A stretch of 64,000 nucleotides of DNA, from NCBI GenBank assembly GCA_964016885.1, contig OZ024742.1, positions 296,608,001 to 296,672,000 on the forward strand, in the 5' to 3' direction. Below, piece after piece: positions 25,806 through 40,989 of this stretch. The position numbers were made by a program, and so were the translations under genes. A model generated the notes under the pieces. That model was not told the origin of the DNA, searched no databases, and saw only the letters and a list, made by a program, of their open reading frames with translations. How positions within the stretch are numbered: the first letter of the stretch is position 1; every line of letters starts with the position of its first letter. The DNA comes from Eledone cirrhosa (Eukaryota).

Positions 25806-26673
25806 CTGTGTAAACAGTAAAAATCAAAATCTAGTGATCTCTGTTGATGGAGCATTTTCATCTTGCCATGAATTCTACAAAGGACTCTCTCACAATAATA
25901 TAATTGATTGATTCTAACTGATAATGTATTTTCGATTTTTTCCTAAATATTCCATTAATAAAGAGGGTCTTGGATGTTAAGGAGGAATGCAGACTGTAGG
26001 ACAAAATGGTAAAGCTTGTTATGCATCCCACAATGCTAACCCCTGCTTTAACATGGAAATGGCCTTAAAATACTAGTTGGATTTATAAGCTTTTTGCTAA
26101 ATTCTCAAATATGAAATTCAAGTGAAAAATTAAATATCTGCAAAAAATATATCCTCAGTTAAAAACAGATTATTTTCTTCTTAAACAGCTTTAGCTTTTT
26201 TATCTATATGTTTCTTCACATTTTTTTCGTCTTAAAGTGTTTAATCTTTTTCTTTTATTTCCCCTCACCCACCTCATTTGTTTACCTTCATTGTCTTTTA
26301 ATTCATATGCACAGACTCACCTGCCTCATAAACTATGCATTTTCTGATATATTTACATATTTTCATATCTTGCACCTATTTTTTCTTCTGAAACATTGTC
26401 TCAATTATTCAAACTTACTGAAAGACATACCTTCAAAACAGTCATCTGTCTTTATCTATTACCATGATACACCTTTTTAAGTCCAAGTTAGTCTTTTGCA
26501 TTGAATCTTCATTGTTTATTCACACCATGTCTAAGAATATTCCTCTGTTTACTTCATTCTTTTATTCTGTCAATTTTTACTAGTTTTTGTCATTAGACTG
26601 TGGCCATACTGAGGCACTGCCTTGATTTATCTGATCCATATCTTTTTGTCAAACTGGTGTATTATGAAGCATA

Positions 26674-26710
<37 letters not shown>

Positions 26711-27695
26711 TATTGTCATATGATGCTAACATAAATTATATATATTTCTAAAAATGAAAATTTAGATTGAGAAGAGTGGAATGTAAAATAGGAAACTATA
26801 AAAAAAAAGAGAAAAAGAAAAAAAAATGGAAAAGATAGGGAATGGTAAGGACTTTAGTGTCACAGAAGAATGGAGAGGGGGAGGATGATTAGTCTCTGGG
26901 CCTAGGGCCCAACAGTAAAGGGGCTGCACCCTGCAGACATAACTGCAAAAGCATTCTGACCAAGTATGTACAAATCACATTTTAGTCAGTTGGCTGTGAT
27001 GCTGATAAAAGGAAGTGCTCAACGACATGTATAAATGGTACAAGCTGGAGCATTATAGCATATTAAATAGATTGAAGGCCATATGCAGTTGTATTTAGAT
27101 TTATTTTTATCTCCATGATACATATTTCACTGAGGACAACAGCTAAGTAATTTTCTTCCTAGTCATTCGACTAGCCTGAGCTTGTCAGATGGTATATATA
27201 TATACTCTCCAGTCCAATGACTGAAACCAGTAAAATAATAAAGGAGCTTTTCCTAAATGAATCACCAAAAACGAAAAAACTTTGGATTGTCTGGTGGGAT
27301 TAATTATTTTCTTTATTACTTTGATTGGTCATTGTGAAATAGAATTCTTGGCAGTTATTTGTTAGATGTAACAGAATCATAAAAGAACAAATAAGCATGT
27401 TTAGTATCATGTTCTTCATGAAAATATATGATAAAAGTAAGAACAAAGAGATTAATGGAAGTAGTATGACAATCTAAGGGGTTGGAATGATGCCATAACA
27501 CTCTCAGGAACAAAAGTCCAGAAGTCATGGTAGTTAAGCTACTAGGAGGAACAAAGCATAAGTAGTAAGTGGTATTAGTTTATATTAATCTGTATGAGAA
27601 TATCTGCCAATTTATTAGATACTATTCTTATAGATATTGTTAAGAATGTTGATGAATAAAGGGAGAAATTAATTATATATATATATATATATATA

Positions 27696-28079
27696 TCATC
27701 GTCATCATCATCATCATCATCATCATCATTTTACGTCTGCTTTTCCCTGCTTGCAAGGGTGGGAGGGGAACTAATTCTGGCTTGATTTCTACAGCTGGAT
27801 GCCCTTCCTAACACCAACCTCATTTACAGTGAGTGTTGGGTGCTTTTTTTCCGTGGCGCCTACACGTCCACTTCACAGTGAGTGGTGGGTACTTTTTTGC
27901 CGTGGCACCCCCACGACCACTTTGCAGTGGAATAATAGGGACCCTGTCGTATCATCTCATTTCTACAGCTGAGTAAACTGGAGCAATGTGAAATAAAGTG
28001 TCTTGCTCAAGGAAACAACACATCACCCGGTCTGAGAATTGAACTCACAACTTTTCGATTGCAAGGCTAATGCTCTAAC

Positions 28080-28083
<4 letters not shown>
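27696..28083 (-). mobile_element. SINE family A (slightly 5'-truncated, internal duplication)
   Basis: Reverse complement of the 11817-12156 family; (CAT)n tail. Confidence 0.9.
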
Positions 28084-28136
<53 letters not shown>

Positions 28137-28283
28137 AATTAGAATACTAGAGTGTGTTGGAGTTAAACACCCTCTTCGTATTATAGAAATGACAGTAAAG
28201 GTATAGCTCAATGTAATTAAACAGAGCCGAAGAATTATGAAAATAAACCAAAGAAGCCTTCAATACATCAAAAGTCTTTATTA

Positions 28284-28321
28284 GCCAACAATGTTTCGTC
28301 CTATTAAGGACTCATCAGGGC
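28284..28321 (-). ncRNA. Canonical minimal type I hammerhead ribozyme
   Basis: GCC-CUGAUGA-GUCCU(uaau)AGGAC-GAAA-CAUUG-UU/GGC. Confidence 0.88.
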
Positions 28322-28745
28322 AATTAAAGCTATAAGAAGCACTATCGGCCAATAAAAGCCAAAAACTCAGAAGAATATGGAGTGTACATACATTAAAGCA
28401 TAGGAAAATTATCGGGTAACAATTATCAAGTAAAAATTGCTAAGGAAGTGAATAACATTTTGAACCATATTACAAATATAGTCCAATGCAAAAATTAAAG
28501 CTAAACAAAGGTGGTGATATAGAGCGGGAATTATTGTACTATATATAATATAATATAATATAATATAATATAATATAATATAATATAATTGATAATGATG
28601 ATAATAATAATATTAAAAGGCCCAATATACATATATATATATATACATATGTACACATATATACATATATATCAATACACATTTCCATCAATACAAGCAC
28701 AAACTAATACTTATTAAGAGTTTAAATATAAATAACAATAATAAG

Positions 28746-28776
<31 letters not shown>

Positions 28777-30752
28777 TAAAAATAAAAATAAAAATAAAAA
28801 TAAAAATAAAAATATAATACATATTATTAACAGTATAAGAAGAAGAAATGAGTAAAAGTAAACATATAATATATAATAAACTATATAATTATATAATTGA
28901 TAATCTCCGGTTAATTTGCACAAACAATATAAATGTTACAATAACACTATAATAACAATATTATAATATATAGGCATATAACTTAACAAATCATATAGAG
29001 TTACAGACCGGGTGAGAAAAAATATCGTACAGAACTAAATTATGTTGGAAAAATTATGTTGGAAAAATATCAATACCATTGCAAGAAACCAGATGGAGGT
29101 CAAGTTTTTATACAATTTGTGTAAATAAATATTATCCAAACATTACAAAAATTTTAAAAATATAAACATATTACAGAATTTACAAAATTTAACATAATGG
29201 TACATTTAATAATCGGTAAATAATTAAGATCAATAGTACGTTTACAAAGAGTGGAATGATATAACAACTTCAATATCAAATAATGAACATAGTATAATAT
29301 ACATAATTACGTGGTTGGTGGACAGACATTTGTGAATAAGTGAATAAGAACCAGACTGAAAACTACGCATGGTAGTATAAATATATAAATAAAATCAACC
29401 GGAAATCGAAAAACAAAAACAAAAGTATTTACTTAGGTGTCACATGCAGTTAAGTAAAAAAATTTAGGAAACAAACCCGGATAAATGACTAGAAAACCCT
29501 ATTAAATTAATTAATATTGAAAGTATTTAAAATACATAAGTCAATACAAAATTAGCTATGGTTTAAGTAATCAAAATCTCCAAAGTTTAAGATATTTCAA
29601 TAAAAATATCTAGAAAAGAATGAAATATTCAACTATCTGTTGAATAACGTTATCTAATAAACGGACTTTAAATAGAATTATGGTAGGCCAATGGGGACAG
29701 AAAAAATAAATGTATGGAGGATACGAAGGAGCATAAAATCATAATCAATATACTGTATTATACAATAGAAAGGAGCATAAAAGGGAATTGAATATAATTA
29801 TAGTATAATTGAAGGGGCGAATGACAAGTGTGTGTGCGTGTGGGGGCGGGGGGTTTAATTATCTAAAGAAGAATCCAAATAAAATAAAATATATAATCAG
29901 ATATAAACTCATAAGGTGTTAATAGTGAAAATCTAATATTTAAGAAGATAGATATGGTATGGTAGCCAAAAGACTATGAAAGCTAGATTGAAAAGCTGTT
30001 AAAAACCAATAATAATAATGATGATAATGATGGTGGTAAACAAAATGAACCTAAACTAAAAAGATAAGGGAATATAGCAGCTAATGGATACAATTTACAC
30101 TACCAGAACCTTTAGGTTTATAATAAAAGTAAGAATTTGAAATGGCGTGGGGGCAATAAAAGTAAGAATTTGAAATGGCATTTGTGCAAATTAACCGGAG
30201 ATTATCAATTATATAATTATATAGTTTATTATATATTATATGTTTACTTTTACTCATTTCTTCTTCTTCTTATACTGTTAATAATATGTATTATATTTTT
30301 ATTTTTATTTTTATTTTTATTTTTATTTTTATTTTTATTCTTATTATTTTTATTTATATTTAAACTCTTAATAAGTGTTAGTTTGTCCTTGTATTGATGG
30401 AAATGTGTATTGATATATATGTATATATGTGTACATATGTATATATATATATATATATGTATATTGGGCCTTTTAACATTATTATTATTATCATTATCAA
30501 TTATATTATATTATATTATATTATATTATATATAGTACAATAATTCCCGCTCTATATCACCACCTTTGTTTAGCTTTAGTTTTTGCATTGGACTATATTT
30601 GTAATATGGTTCAAAATGTTATTCACTTCCTTAGCAATTTTTACTTGATAATTTTTACCCGATAATTTTCCTATGCTTTAATGTATGTACACTCCATATT
30701 CTTCTGAGTTTTTGGCTTTTATTAGCCGATAGTGCTTCATATAGCTTTAATT

Positions 30753-30790
30753 GCCCTGATGAGTCCTTAATAGGACGAAACATTGTTGGC
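30753..30790 (+). ncRNA. Canonical minimal type I hammerhead ribozyme
   Basis: gcc ctgatga gtcct taat aggac gaaa cattg tt ggc; identical to the left-arm copy. Confidence 0.88.
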
Positions 30791-30835
30791 TAATAAAGAC
30801 TTTTGATGTATTGAATGCTTCTTTGGTTTATTTTC

Positions 30836-30878
<43 letters not shown>

Positions 30879-30881
<3 letters not shown>

Positions 30882-31040
30882 CACAAGAATGGTTGTGTTA
30901 TTAAGGAGTTCACTTCACAACCATGAAGTTTCAGGTTCATTTTCCACTTCATGACACCTTCAGCAAGCCTCTTTTACTATAGTGTCAGGTTGAGCAACAA
31001 CATGTAATTGAAATTTTGAAGACAGCAACTACAGAAGCTT
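30879..31040 (+). mobile_element. Degenerate tRNA-derived SINE family C head
   Basis: tggttgtgttattaag...caggttcatt...accttcagcaag..tcttttactatag; related pieces at ~25265-25425 (+) and ~33470-33605 (-). Confidence 0.55.
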
Positions 31041-31755
31041 ATGTGTATATCATTATCACCATCATCACCATCGTATGTTTGTTTGTTTTCATGCTTGTAT
31101 GGATTGGATGGGGCTTTTAGAACACAGCTTCCTTCTGCTCATTGCATTCATATTTATCTTCTCTATGAGGTTCAGTGTTTTGAGATCAACATGTACCATT
31201 TATGCCCTGGTCTTCCTCAGTCCTCCTCTGCTGCAGCATTCACTATATAGGCATATCTATATATATATGTGTGTATGGGTGTGTTTGCGTATGCATGTGA
31301 ATGTGCATGCTTGTGTGTGTTGTCTATATTTATGTTCAATAATTTAGTGGCTTGTCAAAACAGTATCAATAAAAATAAGTACCAGATATGAAGAAATAAG
31401 CACGGGCTTTGATATGATTGATTAAATCACTTTAATGAATGAAACCAGTAAAAGAATGCAAGATTATTATAAGAAAACACTATTTCATTATTGAACTTTG
31501 AAGACTATCTTTTATATGATTGAGAATTTCAAGAGAAGCCAAACTTTCCATTTCATATTTTGGTGTAATTTGTATCAAAAGATGGTGGAAGGCTTCAAGT
31601 TGATTTACTGATCTATGGCCAATAAAGAAATCATTATTGATATCTAATGATACTTCATAAAGTTTGATCATGTTACTTATTTAGTAAGCCACTTTCCTAT
31701 TAAATATTTCTCATGAAAAACTTCTGAATCTAATAATAATGATAATAATAATAAT

Positions 31756-32727
31756 ATGTGTTCATATGGAGAAAAACAGTCACTACAAATATGTGGCTGA
31801 CAGTAGGGAGCCAATGCTCAAAATTGTACTGAAGGAGAAGACAATAGACCAGGGGACGTCCAAGGAGGAAATAACAACAAGGAGGAAGAGCTACCTTCAT
31901 AAAAAATCCCTTCATAGCACCTTCTTTAAGAAAACGGAATTCAGAGATCCACAGACATAGAACTGGTTAAAAAGAGGAGACCTTAAAAAAGCTACAGAAG
32001 GAATGCTAATGGCTGTGCAAGAGCAAGCCCTCAGAACGGAGTGGGTGAAACACCATATTGACAAGGAGGAGGCTAGCTCACTGTGTAGGATCTGTGGAGA
32101 GAGATAGGTGACTGTGGCTCACATTGTATCCGAGTGTAAACACCTAGCCCAGACTGGAGACATGATATGATAGGCAGGGTGATTCACTGGCATCTATGCA
32201 AACTAAACAATTTACCACATTCTGAGAAGTGGTATGAGCATAAGCCAGAGTCGGTGATAGAAAATGATCAGGTGAAGGGGCTATGGGATTTTAGGATACA
32301 GACGGACAAGAAATTAGAACACAATAGGCCTGTCCCTGTGGTTTTTGACAAGGAAAAAAGATCGTGCCTGATTGAAGATGTAGCCTGCCAATTTAACATG
32401 AGAGTACAAGAAAAGGAGAGGGAGAAAATTAACCGATACCAGGATTTAAAGTGGGAGTTAAAACGGAATTGGAACTGCCATGAGATCAAGGTCGTCCCGA
32501 TTGTCATAGAAGCACTAGGTACTATTTCAAAGAGATTCCAAGGCTGGTTACAGAAGATTAGTCCAGCCCCTTTTTTGGAATACTTCAAAAGCATGCTTGC
32601 TGGTAACAGCAAGAACCCTCCGATACGTGCTGAATGTCTGAGGCTGCAGGTAGCGGCTTGATATTCATTTCAACAAATTTTCCAATTAAATAACATCAAT
32701 GACTGAGACTCAAAGAACAATAATAAT
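31756..32727 (+). mobile_element. R4/Dong-like non-LTR retrotransposon 3' fragment (CCHC knuckle + restriction-like endonuclease)
   Basis: WLKRGDLKKATEG..MAVQEQALRT, CRIC...VAHIVSEC, RHD, LWDFRIQTD...NRP(V)..., IEDVAC, EKINRYQDL; flanked by (TAA)n, the known Dong target. Confidence 0.92.
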
Positions 32728-33218
32728 TGTTTCTACTTTTTGGCACACGGCCAGCAAATACCCAGTGCATTACTAATGCTTTATCTATCGATCACATAAG
32801 AATGAAAGGCAAAGTTAACCTTGGCAGGATTTGAACTCAGAATTTAAAGGGCGGGGGATTTTGCATTTTTGAGCAGATTGAATCCTCTTTACTCTGCCGT
32901 TGTTTTAATAAAATGTACCTCTTTTTAACCAATAATTGGTATTCAATTGATAAGATGTATTTTTTTTTAACCAGCATATTTCTGGTATTGACTTAATAAA
33001 CTGTTCTAATATAATGGTTTCTGATTTAAACACAAGGCCTTCATTTTTGGGGAAGGGGAAAGTTGAATAAATCGACCTCAGTGCATTACTGGTACTTTAT
33101 TTTATCAACCCCATAAAGAAAGAAGGTAAAGCTAATCTCAGCAAGATTTGAACTCAGAACTTAAAGTGTTGTAGCTACATACCACAAAGCATGTTGTTTG
33201 ACACACTACCAATACTGT
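32726..33218 (-). mobile_element. Two SINE family B copies (32726-32852, 33014-33218)
   Basis: Family B motifs. Confidence 0.75.
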
Positions 33219-33609
33219 CTTTCAATGGCTCTTGATTTACCAGTAATATAATGGAGTTGATTTAATAACCTGTATCCTTACTCATTTACCATGAAATACA
33301 TTGCACACAGCTTGTGGGTAGAATGTGATGGACTTCTGCCAGTTTCAATAATGACTGCTCATGAAATATATGTGCAAGTGGCTGAAGTTTTCACACATCT
33401 GTACTGTTAATGGAATTATCAAGGAAAGTCAGCATGATAAAGTATGGTGAATTAGAAGTACAACCTATCTAACAGGTTTCCAAATAGTTTTTGTCCACCC
33501 AATTTCTCTCTCAGGGTGTTGGTTGACCTAAGACTATGGTAAATGCTATTTTCCCAAAATACCATGCAGTGAGATTAAAGCACACTTCTTAACCATTCAG
33601 TCATGCTGT

Positions 33610-33838
33610 TTAACCTTTTAGCATTTACATTACTCTATATTTACTATTATACTTTCACAGTAAAGGCTTTACCTTACATAATTATCTCACATAATATCGA
33701 TTCTATGAGATTTTGATATTACTTATTTTGAAAACAATACCTTAACATCATTATGAGTGCCCAGTTACAGCCAGTTTAAATAGAAAGAGGTGAGATAATT
33801 CTGGCTGGATATGGCCAATTTAAATGCTAAAGGGTATA
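33610..33838 (-). mobile_element. piggyBac-type MITE
   Basis: ttaa-ccttttagcattta...taaatgctaaaggg; reverse of the 23234 copy. Confidence 0.85.
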
Positions 33839-34489
33839 ACCAGTAATATACTGATGTTAACTTAACCCTCTTTACTTAAGAATTCTGGCATGTGTGTCAA
33901 TGACAGAAATTAATGTTATATTTTTCCAATTTTCAGCTTAAACACTGAAATGAAAGGGTTGTAAAAAATATTTTTTTCAAAAACCAATTAATATATTGCC
34001 ATCATTGAATAAAAGCTATTTCTATAAAGAAAGACAGATTTTGTGATACCCAATTCTATGTTGAGTTTAATAAAGTTATAACTTAAAAATTTTAATATAT
34101 CTGTCAACGATATTGTTTAGAAACCTAGCAACTAGATAATATAGTTTAAATATATTGTATAATATTTTTTTAGATTCTTCATAAGTTTTGCTTTACTTAA
34201 TTTACTTTTCTTTTCTTTTTTTAATAATCTCATATTTATTGAGGAACTTGTTCTAGAATAATATACCTACTAAATTGTTATTTTCTTAGACTTGTTCTGT
34301 ACTGTGCTGTGCTTCATGCCATTCTTGGATGGTTTCTGTAGCATATGAGGTTTTCTACAGCCCCTTTCCCAACTCTTTTCCATTTCTGAAGAAAGGGACA
34401 TGGGGAGTTACTCCCACAACTTTTCTCATAGTTTGAATTGCCCATTCAGAGAACATATGATGGAATGAGAGAGAGAGAGAGAGAGAGAA

Positions 34490-34552
<63 letters not shown>

Positions 34553-34690
34553 ATCGATCTCAATATTTGATTGATACTTTGCTGTCTAAAAACGAAGAAA
34601 AGCAAAATTGACAGTGGTGGGATTTGAACTTCGAGCACAGGAAGGCAGAACAAAAAATGACACTTTAATAACTCTGCTAATTTTTCCTCC

Positions 34691-34913
34691 TTTACCCTTT
34701 AGCATTCAAACCAGCCATATCCGGACAGAATTCTCTCACCCCTTTCTGTTCAAAACTGGCCATAGCTGGCCACTCATATTGATGTTAACGTATTGTTCTC
34801 AGAATAAATAATATCAAAATCTAATAGATTCAATATTATGTGGAATGTGAGGTTATCATGTTATCATGAAAATATAATAGTATAATAGAGTAATGTAAAT
34901 GCTAAAGGGTTAA
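34691..34913 (+). mobile_element. piggyBac-type MITE
   Basis: ccctttagcattca...taaatgctaaaggg-ttaa. Confidence 0.85.
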
Positions 34914-35399
34914 ATTGTTATTAACTTAGATTTTTAATTTCCACATAATTTAAAATTAAATCTATTGAGCTATTGAGATCTATCAATACCATTATTGTCA
35001 TAGAAGAAAGAAGTAATTTTTATAAAAATTCTTGCAACAAAATAGCAGATTATTCACCCAAAGAAAGTTGTAATAAAATTTATTTGTTAATGAGGAATTT
35101 AAAATAAGATGGATATGTATAATTTTTGGTATTGACAAGGATATCTACAAAACTGAAATATTTAGATAGTAGAAGTTATGAGTAAGCTGGCCATCAGATT
35201 TCCTGTTTTGTTATGGAAGGCAATTGAGAGAAGGTGCAAACATATTTTGCTTTCTTATTTAGTAAGGGCAATATCATATTTATTAAAACCAAATTTAATT
35301 TGATAAAATATTATTTATTTCATCCATATCTGCAGATGAATTTGCTTCTTCATCCTTTTTGTCTCATCAGAAAAGAAATCTGATAGCCAACCAACACAA

Positions 35400-35918
35400 A
35401 ACCATCATCGTCATCATTTAATGTCTTTTTACCCTGCTAGTAAGGTTTGGATGGGTAAAAAAAACAAAACAATTCAGTATTTAGTCAGAGCTACTGACCT
35501 CACTCACATGGGAATGGAGTCGTATAATACTTACATACATTCCCACAGAGTGAACCGAGTGCATTTTACATTGGTACCACACTAGAGAGGTTGTTATGTC
35601 TTTGACACAACTGAGCAATCCTTCCTCTCAACCCTTTGTTTTGTGAGTTTTCTATGGATGAATGTCCTTCCTATCACCAGCCACTTTACAGAGTGCACTG
35701 GATGCATTTATTGTGTAGATCACCATTGCTAGAAAGGCTGTCATACCCTTGACACAACTGCAGAGTCCTCTGGCCACTTTGCTTGGCAAGTTTTCTTCAG
35801 CAGGATACCCTTCCTATCACCAACCATGTTATAGAGTGTACTGAGGGCATTTTATCATGCCACTAACACTAGAGAATATGCTATATCCTTGACACAACTA
35901 AAGAGTCCTCTCATTCCT
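35400..35918 (-). mobile_element. RTE-tail-derived non-autonomous insert with three ~140-147-bp tandem units
   Basis: (CAT)n tail at 35403; ttgacacaact at 35602, 35749, 35889; ccttcctatcacca..ccac motif of the RTE/SINE tail. Confidence 0.65.
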
Positions 35919-36079
35919 TTAAAACCAAATTTATTTTAATAAAATAACATCCATATCTGTAGAAAAGTTTATTCCTGCATCATTTTCACTTCCCCAGTAC
36001 AGAAATCAAAGGGCCTACCAACACAGGAGCATGTGCAGCTACTATAGAGAGAGAATATTCTCAAACTACATGATATGGT

Positions 36080-36515
36080 CATGATGATCAAGACAAAAGG
36101 CATAAAAGCCATTTTCTGCGTTGGAATATTGAGTCCACACACCTTCTACTTCACCAATTGGAATCTAGGGGCATTAAAAAACAAACTTGAAAAGCAGTTA
36201 GTAATAAGTAATGAATAAAACTGGTGGTGGAGCATATTCCATGCCACTTTAAAATTTTGAAGCCTTTGGATTGTTAACCAACAGAAGAGTTTTGAGAATA
36301 TCATGGCTAGAACAAAACACAAAACAAATGAAGGTTTAAAATTACCAAAAACTAAGAACAATTTATTAGCCACCATCGAAAAGAGAAAACTAAAATATTT
36401 TGGACAACTATTTATAAAAAAATATTTTAATGAAATTGTTCATTGAAAAAGAAAATGGAATGATAGGAAGAGAAAAATCAAGAATTATGTGGATGAATAT
36501 TAAGAATTGGATAGG
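36080..36515 (+). mobile_element. Highly decayed RTE LINE fragment
   Basis: RRVLRISW...TNEGL...NNLLATIEKRKLKYFGQL...GR..SR..WM.NIKNW. Confidence 0.6.
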
Positions 36516-38047
36516 AATCATTCTTCCTTTCATGACTATATTTTTAATGAATCAACTGTCTGTTTTAATTGATTTTCAATATAATCAAGATTTTTGGAGG
36601 TGGTTTTGTAAAATACTTGTACTTCTATATATTGATGTAAAGTGGTCATGTAGGAGTCATGACAAAAAGCACCCAGCCCACTCTGTAAATGTGGTTGGCA
36701 TTAAGAAGGACAACCAGCCATTGAAACCATGCCAGAAACATGTATGAACAAGACAGGGTCACCTGACCTGACTTGCCTCAAACGGGACAATCTGTCTAAC
36801 CCACGTTAGCAATGAAAATTGATGTTAAACGATAATGAAGATGATGATATTGTTTTGGTATTAACAAACTGAAATCTCGCATTAATTTTCATGTTATGAT
36901 AACCATTCATGTATTGATAACCATTTTAATTTAAATAGATGAATAGTTTTAATAGAGGCATCTTCAGGCAGACTGGTGTGTAAAGAACTAAAATGCCATG
37001 AATATATGAAGTCAGTTCAAGAAAGATTAAGATAGCAATCTGTAGTGTTCAACCTGCTGAGAGTAGATGATACCTGTCAATGAGGTTTATGATGCTATAT
37101 ACCTTGTATTCACATTTCTCACAACAAAATAATATAAAATGTATACTACAATAAAATACATGCCATGATAAATATAATTGCCATGACAAAATGTGCCTAG
37201 TGCATTCTATAAATCAGTAGAGCTGGTGCTATAATAAAATGAATTAAGTGCATTTTGAAAAATGGTTGGCATTAGGAAGGGAATTCATCAATAGGAAGCA
37301 TGCCAAAAATGGAGCATAGGACAATGAAAACCCATCAAAATGAAGCTAGCATTGAAAATATAATGTAAAATGGTGATGATGATGAAAGCAGAAGTTATCA
37401 AACTGTGAAACTGTAGTATACATATCTGAAGAAATTAAAGTACAATTTAAATTTCAAGCAATTCTTAACATAGCACATACATACACAGATGAACATACAT
37501 ACATACAGACACACAGATGCACATACAGACACACAGACATGCGCATACAGAGAGACACACACACACTCACACATGGGAACCAATTACTTTTTTTCTTTCA
37601 TTCACACGTTTTGTTCATTACACTTAAATGAGTACTTAAATAGATAAGTAAATGTAATGAGATTAATTTTGGAGAAATAATCTCATTTAGTTCCAGTAAA
37701 TAGCCATTCTTCATTTCTAAATGGACTAATTAAATGAGATTTGCTCTATAATTGTTCATGGTTATTTAGAATCTATTATTATTGATGATACCAGATTAAA
37801 TGTATGTTTATATATAAAAACATTTGTCTGGTAGTGTGAGTATGTGTTTAATAAGTGTCCCATTTATATTGTTTTATATATGTTATGCTAATTGGACACT
37901 TACGTTTATACATAGTATACATAGCTGCAGTCATCAATGAAGATAAGTTGTGTTGTTAAACTGAGAGTCATTTCAAGAAAAGGACCTCCATGTGGCCACT
38001 GAATCAGCTAGATGTAGCAGTGAAGCTTTTGTCAAATCACAAACAAA

Positions 38048-38232
38048 TACGAGGTGTGCTGAAAAGTTCCTCGCTTTGAGTAAAAGAAAATAGAGATCAA
38101 TTAATAGGATCAATTAATTATAATTTTATTCAACATATTCCTCTCTTAGATTCACACATTTATTGAAGCAGTACTTCAGTTTTTCTAAGCCCTGCAAAAG
38201 GAAATCAGAAGGTTAGACCTCCAACCAGGTCT
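38048..38232 (-). mobile_element. Mariner transposon 3' end
   Basis: TA + TIR cgaggtgtgctgaaaagttcc; minus-strand GLEKLKYCFNKCVNLREEYVE* (mariner C-terminus). Confidence 0.85.
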
Positions 38233-38644
38233 CTGTAGCTTATATCTTAAAAGAAAGAAGGATGCATTGTATAATGTAGGTTTTTTCTGTTTATATTTTT
38301 GTTCCATACTGTACTACACATTAGGTTGTCATTGAACAGTTCAGTAGAATATCAGTTTTTCTAAAAGAAGTCATGAGTCTAATCAACAACTTCTATATTT
38401 TTAGAGAAAAATATGTTGGGATTCTTCTCATAGGATAACATAAGTGATTCTGAGAAACAAAGAAGAATTGATCTCTTTATTTGACTGGTATTATATTTAT
38501 TGATTTCAGAAAGATGAAAATTAAAGTTGAGCATAATAGAATTTGAAGTCAGTGGGCAGAACAAATACCACAGTATATTCAATTTAGTGTTGATTCACCT
38601 TATTAATATTAACCATTTCTAGTAAATGATGATATATAAATATG

Positions 38645-39876
<1,232 letters not shown>

Positions 39877-40472
39877 ACATATATATATATACACACACAC
39901 ACACATACATAGAGGGTTCTAAACCCCTTTATCAAACTAAAATTTCTTTAGTAAAAAAATACGGTGAAAGCTATTCTATTTTCTAATTTCAAACCTGCTC
40001 ACTGTTTCAAAAACATATTTACATATATATATAAATGAAAATATAGATTTGTGAGTTTTATATTGAATAACAATAATATCTGATTCATTTGCAAGCAAAC
40101 AGCCTCATTATGCTATGTTTGCAAACAAATCGAATATTATTGTTATTTGAAAAAACTCTCAAATACATTTGTGTATTATGTTAGAGCATAAAACCAAATT
40201 ATATATATAAAATGATAATGATAATAATAATAATGAAATTATTGTGTACAGTGCTTAGGTGCACTACAACATATATATAATAGGAATTTAGATCCATATA
40301 TACAATAATTTCGACCTCATTGCACCACAACTGCTCAATGAAAACAGGTGCGAAATAACCTTTATCAGAGTGAACTGTTAATCGATAATGTTATGTAAAC
40401 AGCAATACCTGAATATCTTGTAACATAAAACCTGGTGGGAAAACAGAGATTTTCCATTATATTACACTTTAT

Positions 40473-40912
40473 ATCTTATCTTATGTATCTCATAGTATGG
40501 TGGACCGTTGGGACACCACAGATGACCTGGTAACCAGCTCCCTCCATTCCTCTCACCTCTCCGCCTTCCTCATAGTTGCACCCAGCCTCATGCCTGTCCA
40601 TTCCGGGATGTTGTCCTCTCACCTCTTTCTCTCTGTCTGCCTATCTTCCTTCCTCCTTGTACTGTTCCCTGGAGGACAGTCTTGGCAAGCCCTGAAGATC
40701 ATGTTACATGCCCGACCCATCTCAATTTTCGTTTTTTTACAATGGTCAGCAGGTCTTCGTGTGGCTCGATGGCTTGCCAAATTCTATTTCGCACATCCTC
40801 ATTGGAGGTGCTGTCTCTATAGGTGATGCCGAGCAGCTTTCTGAAGTATCTCATCTCCATAGCCTGTATTCTTCTCTCCAGATCTGCTGTTATTGTCCAA
40901 GACTCATTATAA
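40473..40912 (-). mobile_element. RTE (BovB-like) LINE 3' fragment
   Basis: ESWTITADLERRIQAMEMRYFRKLLGI...KRKLRWVGHVT..SGLAKTVLQG; (AGATA)n-type tail. Confidence 0.88.
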
Positions 40913-40989
40913 GCTGTAAATTTAAGCAATCTATTTTTAGAATATTTGCAAGAGAGGACTTACAAATTTGAAAGAAGCATCAATCTTGA

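Larger units (their letters stand above)
28134..30838. mobile_element. Non-coding fold-back element (PLE 3' region + inverted copy) with an HHR in each arm
   Basis: 28237-28924 is a near-identical reverse complement of 30181-30838; ~1.25-kb AT-rich spacer without ORF; (TA)n at both ends. Confidence 0.88.

Noticed and set aside
40300-40375. Minus-strand ctgataa...gtcgaaa hammerhead-like spacing
   Set aside because: Core mutated and no stem I pairing; too weak to call
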